Assembly (NCBI GenBank): GCA_024346625.1
Contig: AP024665.1
Span: 1,860,001-1,924,000, forward strand
Length of the DNA stretch: 64,000 bases
Reading direction: 5' to 3'
Source: Williopsis jadinii
Lineage: Eukaryota
Part shown: positions 21,990 to 34,044 of the stretch, piece after piece
How the letters are laid out: each line of letters begins with the position of its first letter
How positions within the stretch are numbered: the stretch's first letter is position 1
Notes under the pieces: generated by a model
Database searches by the model: none
Seen by the model: the letters and a program-made list of their open reading frames with translations, nothing else
What the model was told of the DNA's origin: nothing
Translations under genes and position numbers: made by a program

Positions 21990-23240
21990 TCAATCGTTCT
22001 TCCATGTTCCCTTGAAGTGATGGTGGGTATAATCATCCCTCTCGCCCTTTTTACCACGGAAGAACCTTACAGGTAGGATCAACAAATCGTCGTCGAACAA
22101 GACAGGCTCTTCTAGGTATGTGAAGTTCTGCCAGCCCAAAGGTGAAGCTATTGGGTCATATTCATTATGTGTGCTCTCCCTTAGCATGTGGTATCTTATC
22201 TTATCCTGTAGATGTAAAGGTCTATTTGGATCAACCATTCCTTCATTGTAGAAGTCCATTCCGTAAAGCTGCTCGCTCCACTTGTAGACCTCATTCATAT
22301 AATTGAAAACAGTATCTGTGAAGACGGCTGGTCCAGTCCACTCCAAAATCGCAGAGAATCTCGATGGCGAGTCGTTATTAATATTATAAGTCTTTTCGCC
22401 AATAGTCAAATTCCCGGATTCTTCGTCGTAGTTGTTCAAAGTGGTTTCTGTGATTCTTGCAATCAAATCTCTATAGACTGGATGTCCTCTTTTCGCTTGT
22501 AACGTCCATTGGCAAAATTGTAAGCGACGAGGTGTCCAATTTCTTTGCCAATCCAAGTCATCAGAATCTGATTCCACTCCAACAACACATCCAATTTGGT
22601 TTTCCCTGTCATATATTGGGTTTTTGTACGTTAGCCAATCTTGTGCATCCAACGTTAAGGAGGTATCAACGTCAGAGTACATACCACCTCTTGCGTATAT
22701 GACAAGGTATCTCATAAAATCTGCCTGCAAGATAATCTTAGGCAGTTTCTCATAAGCTTGCCACACTTCTGGTACTTCTGCAAACATATCTTTCACCATG
22801 TCACTCTGTTCTGAGTTGGCAAACAATGTGTAATTGAAAGAGCCCTTTTCAGGTGCTTCCTGGTCTTTGAAAGTTTGGACGTACTCTTGCAGTTTCTCCT
22901 CTAGTTCTTCAAAAATCTTTGTCTTCCAAAGCTGCCAGATATTCTTCTGTAGAGGCTCCGGGCTTTTGGTATAAGGGAAAGCCTGAGCTAACCTTGATCT
23001 CAAATCTCCCCGTTGGTAAACCTCTTTAACTCTGTAGGCATCTATATCATTATACTTCTTGAGCATAACCTTGGTATTGATCTTCTTGGTGATGGTTGCA
23101 AAGTCCTCGGGAGTATTCAAAGTCTCCAATCCAAACTTTGCATGGAAGTTGACGATTAGAACAAGAACCAAAATAGCTATGACGGTTGCTCTCCCGCTGA
23201 ATCTGAAGCCAAACAAGAATTTTTTCATCTTCAAAATCAT
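21990..23240 (-). CDS. Alpha-1,6-mannosyltransferase, GT32 Och1/Hoc1 family paralog
   Basis: TM anchor; IWQLWK, ADFMRYLVIYARGGMYSDVDT (DxD intact), QFCQWTLQAKRGHP, WTGPAVFTD, HHFKGTWK. Confidence 0.92.
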   Translation of the reverse strand: MILKMKKFLFGFRFSGRATVIAILVLVLIVNFHAKFGLETLNTPEDFATITKKINTKVMLKKYNDIDAYRVKEVYQRGDLRSRLAQAFPYTKSPEPLQKNIWQLWKTKIFEELEEKLQEYVQTFKDQEAPEKGSFNYTLFANSEQSDMVKDMFAEVPEVWQAYEKLPKIILQADFMRYLVIYARGGMYSDVDTSLTLDAQDWLTYKNPIYDRENQIGCVVGVESDSDDLDWQRNWTPRRLQFCQWTLQAKRGHPVYRDLIARITETTLNNYDEESGNLTIGEKTYNINNDSPSRFSAILEWTGPAVFTDTVFNYMNEVYKWSEQLYGMDFYNEGMVDPNRPLHLQDKIRYHMLRESTHNEYDPIASPLGWQNFTYLEEPVLFDDDLLILPVRFFRGKKGERDDYTHHHFKGTWKND

Positions 23241-26200
23241 GTCTTCTTGTTCCTATCGAACAAAACGACAGCAACGATTGAGAAACCGATTAAAAGAGAT
23301 GGAATACAAAGTTGAAGGGAGGAGTGGGACGTGACATGGAACAGTTAAACCAAGAGTGAAACAGTCGACAATAAGACACCACCGCATTTCCAAAAAAAAA
23401 GTTACATGAGTTACAATTTGCGCCTGACGCAGTAAAGCTGGAATAATATGCGTTGTAATATGCATGTGTATTAATCTGATCCACGCAAAGTTGAGGGTTG
23501 CGAAAAGGCTTTGAGTTTTGGCCTAGACTGACTTAGATTTGCACAGGCATGAGCCGCTTCTAAGGTCAGCATTTGAGTAGAAACATAAATGTTGGAGTGC
23601 CACAGTCCTCCTTGAACGGCGTATTACGAAGCTTATGTCAAATTTTAAGTCCATTTGGTAGTTCTTATGACTAACTTCACAATTTGGAAAATGACCTCAT
23701 AAGCAACAACAGATTAACTAAAGAAAGTACATATAGAATGGTGAATTGCAAGGTCCATGCGACTGACGGTATTGTTTCAAGAAACCCGAGAGTCGAGTAT
23801 TTGGTCTGTTTCAAAGGAAAAGGGAGTATGTGATTTCAACGATTTGTTTATGTCCAGACAGCCTCAAAATGGCAGAACTCTAGGCTCAATACTTTGAGTC
23901 CAGCCTCATATGCACGCATAAGTAGTATTCTTGCGTGACTAGACCGGGACTATTAGTCTCATCAGTGGAACGGCGGTGCCTTGTAAACTGTATCTCTCTG
24001 CATGCCTTTTATAAATGGTGAAATAGTGAGAGCGACCAGGACTGAGTAATGGTGAGTTTACAGTACCATTACTCCGGAAGACCTCTTTTGTTCAACACTA
24101 GGGGGACTTTGTAGGTTGTAACGTAGAAGTACTAAAATGTCTGGTTTTCTTCTTAATGTCCTCGAATACTTACCTGGACATCGTGTCAACACCGAAACTC
24201 CACAAAGAACTCTGTTTTCTCTTTTCGAATGTTTCTAGTCTTTTGAGGAGAACGTAACTTTGATTGATGGTAGCGCCTTGATCCGTACGCCTACGATGGT
24301 TTTAATCATAATTTGAAGTCAGTAGGATCTACCGGATTACTACGTAAGAACACACATTCTATCTACAACGCATTATTTCTTATTGTGAGTTCATTTCTGT
24401 CCCCTGGACTATAGCCGCATACAAGGGTAAACGTGAACCCCTATTAGAAAAGTACGGCGTGAAAGGGCAAAACCTGGTGCGGACTAAGGAAGTTGGTCTA
24501 AGCAGGTATCACCATACCAATCAAGAGCCTTTTGGCCCTAAGCATAACATGTGAAGAATAGAAATTGCGAAAGATTTGAGACTTGACGTGAACCTTGACC
24601 TAGATGTCTCGCAAAATGTCCTTCACTTTTGACTTTTGCAGGAGGCCAAACTTCCTCGAGGCCGGACGAAAACCAAAACATTCATCCCACCAGTATGGGA
24701 CTAGAGAAAATCCTCAGGTCCTCTTACGATTGAGAGCTACATCCTATCGCCATGTTTATGTTACTTTTGAAGTCAATGACGTGTTGATGTTGACGACGAG
24801 TCAGTTGAGTTTCTCGAAGGAAGCTATTTCAGACTCCATATCGTCTCTTTGTGCAATATAAGTCCGTATCGTCCTAATTTACAGTCGCATTATCCTGTTC
24901 ATATCATGGAGCTGCGTCAAGAGGTATCAGGGGCCCAGGACTAGTCCATCACTGAAGTACGTCTCCTCTCCACAATACACAAGAAGTTGACGGAAAGAGT
25001 CATCTGTGATGGCTTAGCAACAAGCATAACTGGCATATGCGTTGGCATATATGCTTCTCATATGTGCATGTTCCAGTGTAGTCGGATCCTCTGACGTTGC
25101 TAACACTGGCCGGATATCACTCACATGCTAATGATGCTAGTACAGAGACGTTGCAAGGTGGTAAACCATTTGAGATGTCGTTACTTTTAGTTTGCTCTGT
25201 GGATGGTCTAACAAATGGAATCTCCTCCATGGTAAGGAACCTCTGTGCACTGCCCACGGGTTACCGTGCCGTTATCATATACTTAAAAGCATCAATCGAT
25301 AGTGTGTTTGGTCTAATGGACGCTTGTGGTACTCGTGTGTCAGGAGAATCTCCTATCCAATGGGGAGAAGAAACTACAGAACCGGCTCTGAAGAATTAGA
25401 CAGGATTTTGTCACTTCAGCTACGTCGGGATATGGAGGAGCAAGACGCTAATACAGATAGCTAAGGAAGTCACTGATGCCTACGGCCACGCCCGAGATTG
25501 TTCCACATCACTACAGATGGCTGCTGAAGGACGCATCTAATGGAAAATCGCATTCATAACAATAGGGAGCGTAACCGAGATTGAACTATCACATCACAAT
25601 TCGATAATGTTCATCCACTTCACAATCTGCCTAAAGCCAATGTTCATCGATTTAAACAGAGTATTATAAGCGGGGCACTACAAAGCTAGAAAAGCAATAT
25701 ATTACTGAAAGAGTTGGCTCATGGGAGACTGTTTTGGGCTTATTGATGTTAGATTTGTAGTTGAAGTCTGTGTGTAGTATGAACCTCAAGTGGTTTTTCT
25801 TTTACGCATAATCCATTGTCATGGTGGTATCCATTTAGTAATAAAATAAGCTCGTAGGTTTTTATACTAATCAATTATGGCTTCCTTGGATGTGTGCATG
25901 AATAAAACTGGGACAGGCGGTATATATTGGCATCTTGGAGTCGATTTTGACATCACGGGCAATAGCAAATGTGGTATTTTCAGGTATAGCACATGGAAAC
26001 AGTGCAAAACGTTCCTATGAGTTATCAATTAGCAAAGTAGAAAATGGATTTATAGCGTTTATTAACTCGAAAATCATCGCAGAAATAATTACAACAGATG
26101 ATGCCCCACTGTATTGCGATTTATAACTTGTTTAATATTTGTTCAATCTTTTTATTTCAAATTTACCATATTCAGTTTCAATAGGAACTTTTAATATATG

Positions 26201-26717
26201 ACAACAATCGTAAACAGGAATATACAAACCATATTATAATTTCCTCAACCACCGCATTAACTATAGGCCATCGCGTTCTTATCAAATACTCATACCACCA
26301 GAAGCCTCGTCAGATACGTCATCTACTCATAACCATAAGAACAATATCATTAAACCTCCAACACATACAAACAACACCATCACCATAAACATCCCAACAC
26401 CAGTTGTGCCCCTAAAGATGAGATTGTTCAGAAACATCCCAACACCAGATTACCAGGCTTCTCACCAAGGCTCATCGAAATACCAAATTATCCTAGGCTT
26501 TAACGACGGAAATTGACACACAACCTGTTCTTGTTGCTTCACAAATCATCTTTCCATGTTGTTCGTTCGCCTGGATTGACCTGCTGAGGTACAAGCGCTT
26601 CTGTTGCGATTGAGCGACCTGTTGTGCGACCTCTTGAGTGAAGCGATTGGACACAACATCAACCTACTTCTGTCCATTCGTCGGTTCTTACATATAGTAA
26701 AGTATGACGGATTTGTG

Positions 26718-27888
26718 TCTTCTAATAATGTTGGTAGAAAGGTTATATTCCTGTGCAAATTGTCCATTCTCATGTTCTTTCAACTAATTAAGAATCAGAG
26801 CTATGGCCTGCGTTGAACGATAAGTGCAAGCAGATTTCATTTCAGCTAAACTTCTAGATTCCTCGCAACATTATTTCAACTATGATTTCCCACCTCTCAA
26901 GCAGGCATGGACGGTGGCTTTCTCAGTGGCATTGGACTCTGGTTATGACGATCTTCTCGACAAGCATTCATTTAGTGCTGCTGCCTTATTATTCACCTCG
27001 TTCAAAGATGCAATCCTGATCGAACCATCAAAGTTGCCTACAAAGAGGCGTCTTGACATTTCCCACAATCCGTTGTTGAAAAAGTACGGTACTTACTTCT
27101 TTGATAATTACAAACTGATAACCAAAGTGCAACTACAGGAATTGGTGCTTTTCAAGGATTTAATACCCAATGATGTTGATAAGTTAGTCTTTGATATGGA
27201 AACTGTCGATCTGTCTTTGATGAACTCAACGAGGTTCCTTCGGAACTCAAGGCTGTACAGTACTTCCAACAACGTTATCGTCCTCGACTCAAAGTTTCAC
27301 ACCACCGGGTTTTCAATCGCAATACAGTTAGTACTCTCAAAGTTAGAAATTGCAACTGAGAACCTAAGAGTCGATACGACTTGGCCCTCGCTTGCATGGT
27401 CAGGTGTGATTAAAGCAATTCCAGTCCACAGTATTCCAGTTGGTGTCGTTGGTGTATTCAATTGAAAATTAAACCATATTGCTCTCAAATCCCGTGCTAA
27501 GGAGACCGGCTCTGTTCATAGAGTATACCTTGATTCTCTTGATGGAATGCTTTCCCAGAGCGTTCTCTTTATTACAGACGGTGGCGCCAATTGTGATTCT
27601 AATGCCAAAACAACACATAAAACGTCCGACGTTCTTTCCAACAAGAAATATCTCAAGTCTAGGACGGAATTCCATGATGTGATTGTCCCTAAATCACAGG
27701 AACAAGGCAAAAGCGACTTGGACGAAGCTGCTCAGTTCATTACAAAAGAAACTAGGCACTGTGGCAATACTGTAATTTGTGCCTATGATGTGATTGGTGG
27801 TGAACAGGACGAGTGTTACCATTTGCACCAGAATTCACACTTCACGACGGTCACATGCACAATATCACCTGAGAAGTATGGCTGGTAG
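26718..27888 (+). pseudogene. 5'-truncated, frameshifted paralog of the 19930-21891 Mnn1-like gene
   Basis: IPVQIVH at 26747, AAALLFTSFKDAILI, VFDMETVDLSL, SVLFITDGGANCD and ICAYDVIG align with the intact paralog but are split over several frames with stops; no N-terminal TM. Confidence 0.9.
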
Positions 27889-28728
27889 GAATGATACTTA
27901 GCCACGTGAGCTCGTCTTAGAAGCGAGTACAGGCCTCTGTACCATTGATACACCATTTTTGCCAATCCTTCTTTCTGGTGGAGGATCTCATTTGGTATAC
28001 ACGTGCAGTAATTAAGGCACCGCACTTCTACAACACCACACTGATTCACAGCACTCTAACTGCAGGCAAATACAACCAAACGTATATCCTTTCCTGTTTC
28101 TCGTTAACAGTGTAGCTGCTCTACATACTGACCCCCCCCCCCCATATGATCATCCAACTCGCCTGTGTCACTGCTACACTACTACAGCACCCATATCGCC
28201 AAACTCTCCTCATCAAATCACAACACACTATTATAACAAACCAAAACTTTAGTATATCTCTGACAGCTGAAGATCTCTCGAAAGATTTACAAGCTCTCAG
28301 ACTAATCAACTAGCCATTCCAAGCCCCAGGGACTCAGCATGCGGTCACGTGATGATCTGACGCAGGATGATGAGCTGTGTGTGCCTGGAGAGAGCGTCGT
28401 AGATTCCCCACAGACTGTACACGGCCCACTAGCCTCAGCAACTGTAAGGCATACTCAATTAGGATCAGAAGATGAGAAATCTCATCACCATACGCAGCAC
28501 AAGGTACCGTTTGAGCAAAAAGTGAGCAAAGTGATGCTAGAACCAGCTGAAACGGGCAGACAGCCAACGAACACCCGATTGTAGGCTCGTACCGTTAAAG
28601 CCTACAAACGGTATAATGTGGATCGCGCGCGTGCGCAGGAAAAGTGAACTGGCCAGCTGGCAACCAAAAGTTTGTTTATCAACACGGCAAAGGAGCAGCA
28701 GTGGAGACAAATAGCTCAGGGGCCAGAA

Positions 28729-30564
28729 ATGGATGCGTATCTTAATACCAACATAAGGCTACTTATCACCGAGCAGTCTAAGCGAATAGGTGACAGCAAG
28801 GCGGCGCAACTTGTCAAGAGTTACAACTGGCGAAAGAATAAGTCTGCTACCGCATTCTTAGTGGTTGTTGGTTTAGTACTCGTGTTGTTATCGTGGCGTC
28901 CCTCCGTGTCACAGTTGTTTACAGATGATAGGTCTTTTGATGTGACCAAAGGGTGGTATAACAATAACTATGACAATGTTGCTCGAAGTCATTCAGGTCT
29001 TAATTCGAAATGCATCGATTTCTTTACAACAGCGGATGGCTCTATCAATGCTGGCGGTAGTTTATCGTCAGAGATGACCATTTCTGATATCAGGGTCTTT
29101 ATGGAGTGCTTTGTGACCAATCCTCATAGTGCCAAAGGTGACTTTTTGGCTGTGGCGAAGGAGATCAAGCGTACAATGTTGCAGTGGTCGACAGATTCTT
29201 TGCCTGTTTACAAGAAGTTAGGGAAGAAGTTCCCAGAGGCCTCAATTCCCTCTATAAGATCGGGTGCAAAGATTTCCAGCAACCCATGGCAGTCTACTCT
29301 CTACACGTTGTACCACTCTTTTAACGGTAAGGGAATTGTGATTCCTATCAAATCTCAGAGTGATGTGCAGGACGTTGTTAAGATGGCCAAAGTTTTGAGA
29401 GCTCTGAAGGTCAAGTATCCAGTGCAAATTGTCTATGCGGAGAGTCTCGATTCACAAGATGAGGTCGACTTGCGCAATGCCTTTATGTCAAATATAGAGC
29501 CTTTAGAAGGAAGCACCATTCGGGACTTTCCTCCAATTAAAGATGTCTGGACGGTTGATATCGGAAATATGGTTAGAGACCCTCTTAAGGGTGCTATGAA
29601 CAACGACGACGGTAAGCTTTGGTATTTGGCTGCAATCGCATTCTCATCGTTCGAAGATGTGATACTCTTAGATAAATCTGTGGTGCCAATGTCCAAAAAA
29701 CTGTTTAAAAAGCTCGAATCCAGAGAGTACCGCTCAACAGGGTCCTACTTCTTCCCAAGCTTGAGACTGGATAAAGAAGTGGAGGTTCTTGAGTTCAAGG
29801 CACTCGAGAAATGGTTCCCATCAGGACAAGACAGTAGAATATTTGGAATGAATAGAGTTGGTAATGCGGTTTTGAACAGCACAAGAATCTTTGGTGAGAG
29901 AAGAGCCCAAGAGGTTGCATCTGATGTCATCATGCTGAACAAGAAGAAGCACTTTACGGGATTGGTAATAGCGATGACGCTCATATCGAAGGGCTCGAGT
30001 AAGACGTTACAAGATGACATGGTATGGATAGGATCGTTGGTTGACGGTTCGACATCTTCCTTGTACAAGCATCCGATACCCGCTGGAATTGTTGGCTCAT
30101 TCACAAAAAACATCAACAGGAAAACCCACAAGCCTAGAGCTAAGGAGATCTGTTCAAGACACCGTATACATTTCGACTCTTTAGAAGAGAACGGCAAGGA
30201 GAACGTTCTGTTCATTACAAATGGTGTGAGGAATTGCGATGTAAAGAGAAGAAAACTTGGGAAGGATATTAACATGAAGTATTACACTTCTTTCAACAAA
30301 GATGAGCGCAAATTGGAAGAACACTTCCAGTCCCGTATCGACTTCAACGCATCCATCATTCCCTTAAGGCAGGAAATCAAAGTGGAAAGCAGTATACTCG
30401 AGTCCCCATCTTCTCTTGTGAAAGCTAAGATGTGCAACAAGAGCTTTTGGTGCGCTTATGATTCGGCTGGGGGTAGCCTGGAGGACGAGTTCCGCTCTGA
30501 TGTTATATACTTCTCTGAGGAAGAGGCTAAAAGGCTTGAGGACATTGCTGATCTACTTATGTAA
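28729..30564 (+). CDS. Second GT71 Mnn1/Mnt-like type II membrane protein with degenerate catalytic motifs
   Basis: TM anchor, KCIDFF, NGKGIVIP, YPVQIVY, EICSRHRIH, FWCAYD; the DxD position reads DKS; first ATG at 28729. Confidence 0.82.
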   Translation: MDAYLNTNIRLLITEQSKRIGDSKAAQLVKSYNWRKNKSATAFLVVVGLVLVLLSWRPSVSQLFTDDRSFDVTKGWYNNNYDNVARSHSGLNSKCIDFFTTADGSINAGGSLSSEMTISDIRVFMECFVTNPHSAKGDFLAVAKEIKRTMLQWSTDSLPVYKKLGKKFPEASIPSIRSGAKISSNPWQSTLYTLYHSFNGKGIVIPIKSQSDVQDVVKMAKVLRALKVKYPVQIVYAESLDSQDEVDLRNAFMSNIEPLEGSTIRDFPPIKDVWTVDIGNMVRDPLKGAMNNDDGKLWYLAAIAFSSFEDVILLDKSVVPMSKKLFKKLESREYRSTGSYFFPSLRLDKEVEVLEFKALEKWFPSGQDSRIFGMNRVGNAVLNSTRIFGERRAQEVASDVIMLNKKKHFTGLVIAMTLISKGSSKTLQDDMVWIGSLVDGSTSSLYKHPIPAGIVGSFTKNINRKTHKPRAKEICSRHRIHFDSLEENGKENVLFITNGVRNCDVKRRKLGKDINMKYYTSFNKDERKLEEHFQSRIDFNASIIPLRQEIKVESSILESPSSLVKAKMCNKSFWCAYDSAGGSLEDEFRSDVIYFSEEEAKRLEDIADLLM

Positions 30565-31598
30565 GCTATTTTGTAATTCTATGATTTGTTGTATGACATA
30601 CTGTCACTACTGCGGTATGAATCTGTGGTGTCTTATCTGTAGTTTTGGAAGCCATGCTGCCAACGATGGTGGGCAGAGTGCGGTGTTAGTAACCTCATCT
30701 TTTCCCATCTTAGGCTTAGAACACCATGCACAAAGAGTAGAAAAAAGAGTTATGATGCAGACAAAAACTCTCACGTTTGCACAGTCTCTTGATCCGGAAC
30801 TAAGAGCTGAAGGTCATACTACTTGACTGGTGGTGGAGTTGTAGAGTGACGCCAAGGTTGCCTAGCCTGGGATTGGTAACATGTGTTTCTCTCAGCCAAA
30901 GTAAAACAGCCCTTTTAAACCTTCCAGCAGGTAGGTTCCATATTCCCAAGATCCCGGGCAACCATTCATTCGCATCGAACGCTATTTCCTAGTTGGGAAA
31001 GTGAGTTTTTTTCTTGCGTCTCCCCCTGCATGTATGCTGCTGCCTTTTCAGGAAAAGGTCTGTATGTGAACTCTAACTCAGAATACTTACACACTGCTAG
31101 GTTCCATTGCATAGACTTGGAGATTGAAAATCATTTGGCTCTGAATCATGCAATGGCTTTGAATTCAGAACCACAATTCCGTAACGTTCTTCTAATCTCA
31201 CTGTTCTGTAGAAGCACAATCAATTCTTGTAATACCTGTCGGATGTAGTTTACCGACCTGTCTTTCAAGTAGAACCATTAGAGATCGTTAGACGGTGTTT
31301 TTACAACCGCTCCTTCTCAACCAGCCCGAGCTGAAGCGTCTTACCATAGATATGGACGGTGGAGCTCCCGATCCGCGATAACCCAGGAAACCCTTATTGA
31401 AGACTGCGAAGCCTCCTTTCCCCTACTAGCTTGCATGCACATATCTACCTAATAAGACCAGCTACATGAAACCGATCCACCATCGCTAATTATAGCAAGC
31501 CACCACCAAATTGCTGGCGAGCTGCGAGTGTCTGATTTTGGCTGGCCACATTCATTTTCAATTTTTCCGCACTTCAACTGCAACAACAGTATGCATAG

Positions 31599-31660
31599 GC
31601 CCACAGTGCACACGCCCACAGTACGCATGGGCCCACAGTGTACAGGCCCACATTGCACAG
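31599..31660. repeat. Four spaced copies of GCCCACAKT (15-17 bp period)
   Basis: Copies start at 31599, 31614, 31631 and 31646. Confidence 0.8.
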
Positions 31661-32664
31661 GGGTATTTGAAATTAGTAATATAGTGAGATGAGTGGCTGA
31701 CTTACGCGGTACCAATTATGACTTGAATTAGCCGAAAAAAGAGCCAGTTAAAGGAGGCGAAAGGAGTTTATTCCAGCAAAAATACATGCAGTGGAATTGT
31801 ACACAAGGGAGTAGATCGTTATGTGGAATATCATGTAATCATACGTGTTGCGTTTGTTGATTGCTATGAAAGGACTACTGGAAACGATATGATAATAAAC
31901 TACTGAGCTGAATAAGGCCTTCTATGTGTAGTGTGAGCCCCCCTGATGCAACAATCCAAGTTGGTAAAAAGAATCACCGATTCCAAAAAAAGAAATGCTC
32001 ATCGTTAGATTGAACGGACTTGTCTGTATCTGAGATCTGTTGCTATTACTAATTTCCTGAAACAGGAGAATGAAAAGGCTCCATACTCCAACCCCTTTCA
32101 AAAATTGCTTTATTGTGCTTGGATGATCAATCATATGCAGATTGAAAACACTCACCAGATCTTTCCAGTTTGCCATAGCGTTTTGAGATCTGCAAGCAAT
32201 TCAAAGGATGGAAAATATTGAAGATAGTGGATTTCTTTCAACAGACCAAAAAAACAAGAACAGATGGTTAGACCCTGTTCGAACTTGGTCTTTAGGAGCC
32301 ATCGGTGACCTTACGATAACTTTTATTGTTGTTATCATTGTGATTTATTGTGAGTATTACTTCCCTTATTATACATCGTGATGCGTCAGTATTTATGCGA
32401 AGTGTATAATTTGTAGCAACAAGACCAAGATAACTCTATTGGCATATTGGCAAACAGTTTAACACAACATGTATAAGGTTGAGTAAGTGTTGAAAGTTTA
32501 ACCTTAACTGTTATTTTATAAATAGAGCTATGAAAGGAAGTCATGGGTTAGCAGGATAGAATCGTATAAAAAGGATGGAAAGATCGCTTCTCAGATGAAG
32601 TCGTTTTAACCGCTATAACTTTTAATCACATCTAAAAAGGTAGTTTATTGAACAATCGCTCGCT

Positions 32665-34044
32665 ATGGTTTCTTTCAACACTTTTGCTTACGCTGCCTTC
32701 GCAGCTGTTGCTTCTGCTCAATGGACCAACAGTTCTTCTTCAGAATTGCCATCCTCTAGTGAGAGTTTCATAATCTCCTCCTCTTCCTCCAGTGCTGCTG
32801 AAAGTACTCCATACATCACTGGTTACATTGGTGAGGAGGGATCTCCAGTCTTTGAGATTGTCGTTCCAGGCTCTCTTGGACCATGGACTGGTGTCGAAGT
32901 TTCAGGATCAAATGATGATACTGCTTACGTCTTTGACTCTGTTGACATCGCCATCTCTGATGAAACTGTCAGCGCCGGTACCACTACTGACGACACTTTC
33001 GCAGGTGCTTACTTCAACGCTATTCTCAATGAAGATGACTTGATCTTCCTTATTTATGCCACTGCTACTGGTGGTAACCCATACAGCATTTCTGCCACTC
33101 TTTCTGTCTCCACAGCAGACCAGAAGCTGGTAAAGAGAGCTGTTACCACTTATGATTTGAGTTTCACTATTGAAGATGATGCTTCAAGCATTTCAAGTGC
33201 TCCAGTCACCTCTACCACTACAGAGGAGGATATTTCCACAACTGTTGTCACTATCACTTCTTGTTCGGATGATAAGTGCACTGAGACCCCTGTTACCACT
33301 GGTGTCACTGTTGTTACCACCACCATTGCTGGTGTTGTCACCGAGTACACGACTTACTGCCCATTGTCCACTGAAACTGTCACAGAGACTGCTGCGGAGA
33401 CAACTGTTGTAACCATTACGTCTTGTGCTGAGGATAAGTGCACTCCTGTCGTTGTTACTACTGGTGTGACCATTGTAACCAAGACTGAGGGAGGCGTTGT
33501 CACTGAGTACACCACTTACTGTCCACTCACTACTACGGTCACTCAAAAGCCAACTCCAACTCCTGCCCCAGTTGTTTACACCACCAAGACCATTGTGAAG
33601 CCAGCTCCAACAAGCGCTGTTGTCACTGTTACTACGTGCGAGGAGGAATGTCACACTGTTCCAGTCACAACAGGTGTCACTGTTATCACAAAGACAGAAG
33701 GCGGAGTTCCAACTGAATACACCACATACTGTCCATTATCTACAACTGTTGTTGTTACCCAACCAGTCGGTCCTGCCCCAACTGAAGGTAAGACCACTGT
33801 TGTTGAAACAACTACTCCAGCAGGTAAAACAGAAGCTACTGTGACAACAAAGACTTCGACACTAGCAGCTCCAGAGACCGAAGCTCCAGAGACCACCAAG
33901 GCTCCAACTGTTGAGACCACCGTTGTCACAACTCCAGTTGCTACGGCTCCAGCTGCTACCGTTTCTACATTCGAAGGTGCTGCTGCCAACTTGAGAACAG
34001 GCTCTGCTTTGGTATTGGGCTCTATTCTTTTGTTGCTATTTTAA
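32665..34044 (+). CDS. GPI-anchored cell-wall mannoprotein, Ywp1/flocculin type-3 repeat family (paralog A)
   Basis: Signal peptide, acidic N-domain ending in KR, three [18 protein letters not shown] repeats, Thr-rich stalk, C-terminal STFEGAA plus hydrophobic tail; TATAAAA near 32565. Confidence 0.92.
   Translation: MVSFNTFAYAAFAAVASAQWTNSSSSELPSSSESFIISSSSSSAAESTPYITGYIGEEGSPVFEIVVPGSLGPWTGVEVSGSNDDTAYVFDSVDIAISDETVSAGTTTDDTFAGAYFNAILNEDDLIFLIYATATGGNPYSISATLSVSTADQKLVKRAVTTYDLSFTIEDDASSISSAPVTSTTTEEDISTTVVTITSCSDDKCTETPVTTGVTVVTTTIAGVVTEYTTYCPLSTETVTETAAETTVVTITSCAEDKCTPVVVTTGVTIVTKTEGGVVTEYTTYCPLTTTVTQKPTPTPAPVVYTTKTIVKPAPTSAVVTVTTCEEECHTVPVTTGVTVITKTEGGVPTEYTTYCPLSTTVVVTQPVGPAPTEGKTTVVETTTPAGKTEATVTTKTSTLAAPETEAPETTKAPTVETTVVTTPVATAPAATVSTFEGAAANLRTGSALVLGSILLLLF

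Noticed and set aside
26387..26449. 17-bp direct repeat AAACATCCCAACACCAG, and the spaced repeats at 31599-31660, as CRISPR-like arrays
   Set aside because: Only 2-4 short units, a eukaryotic context and no cas genes.
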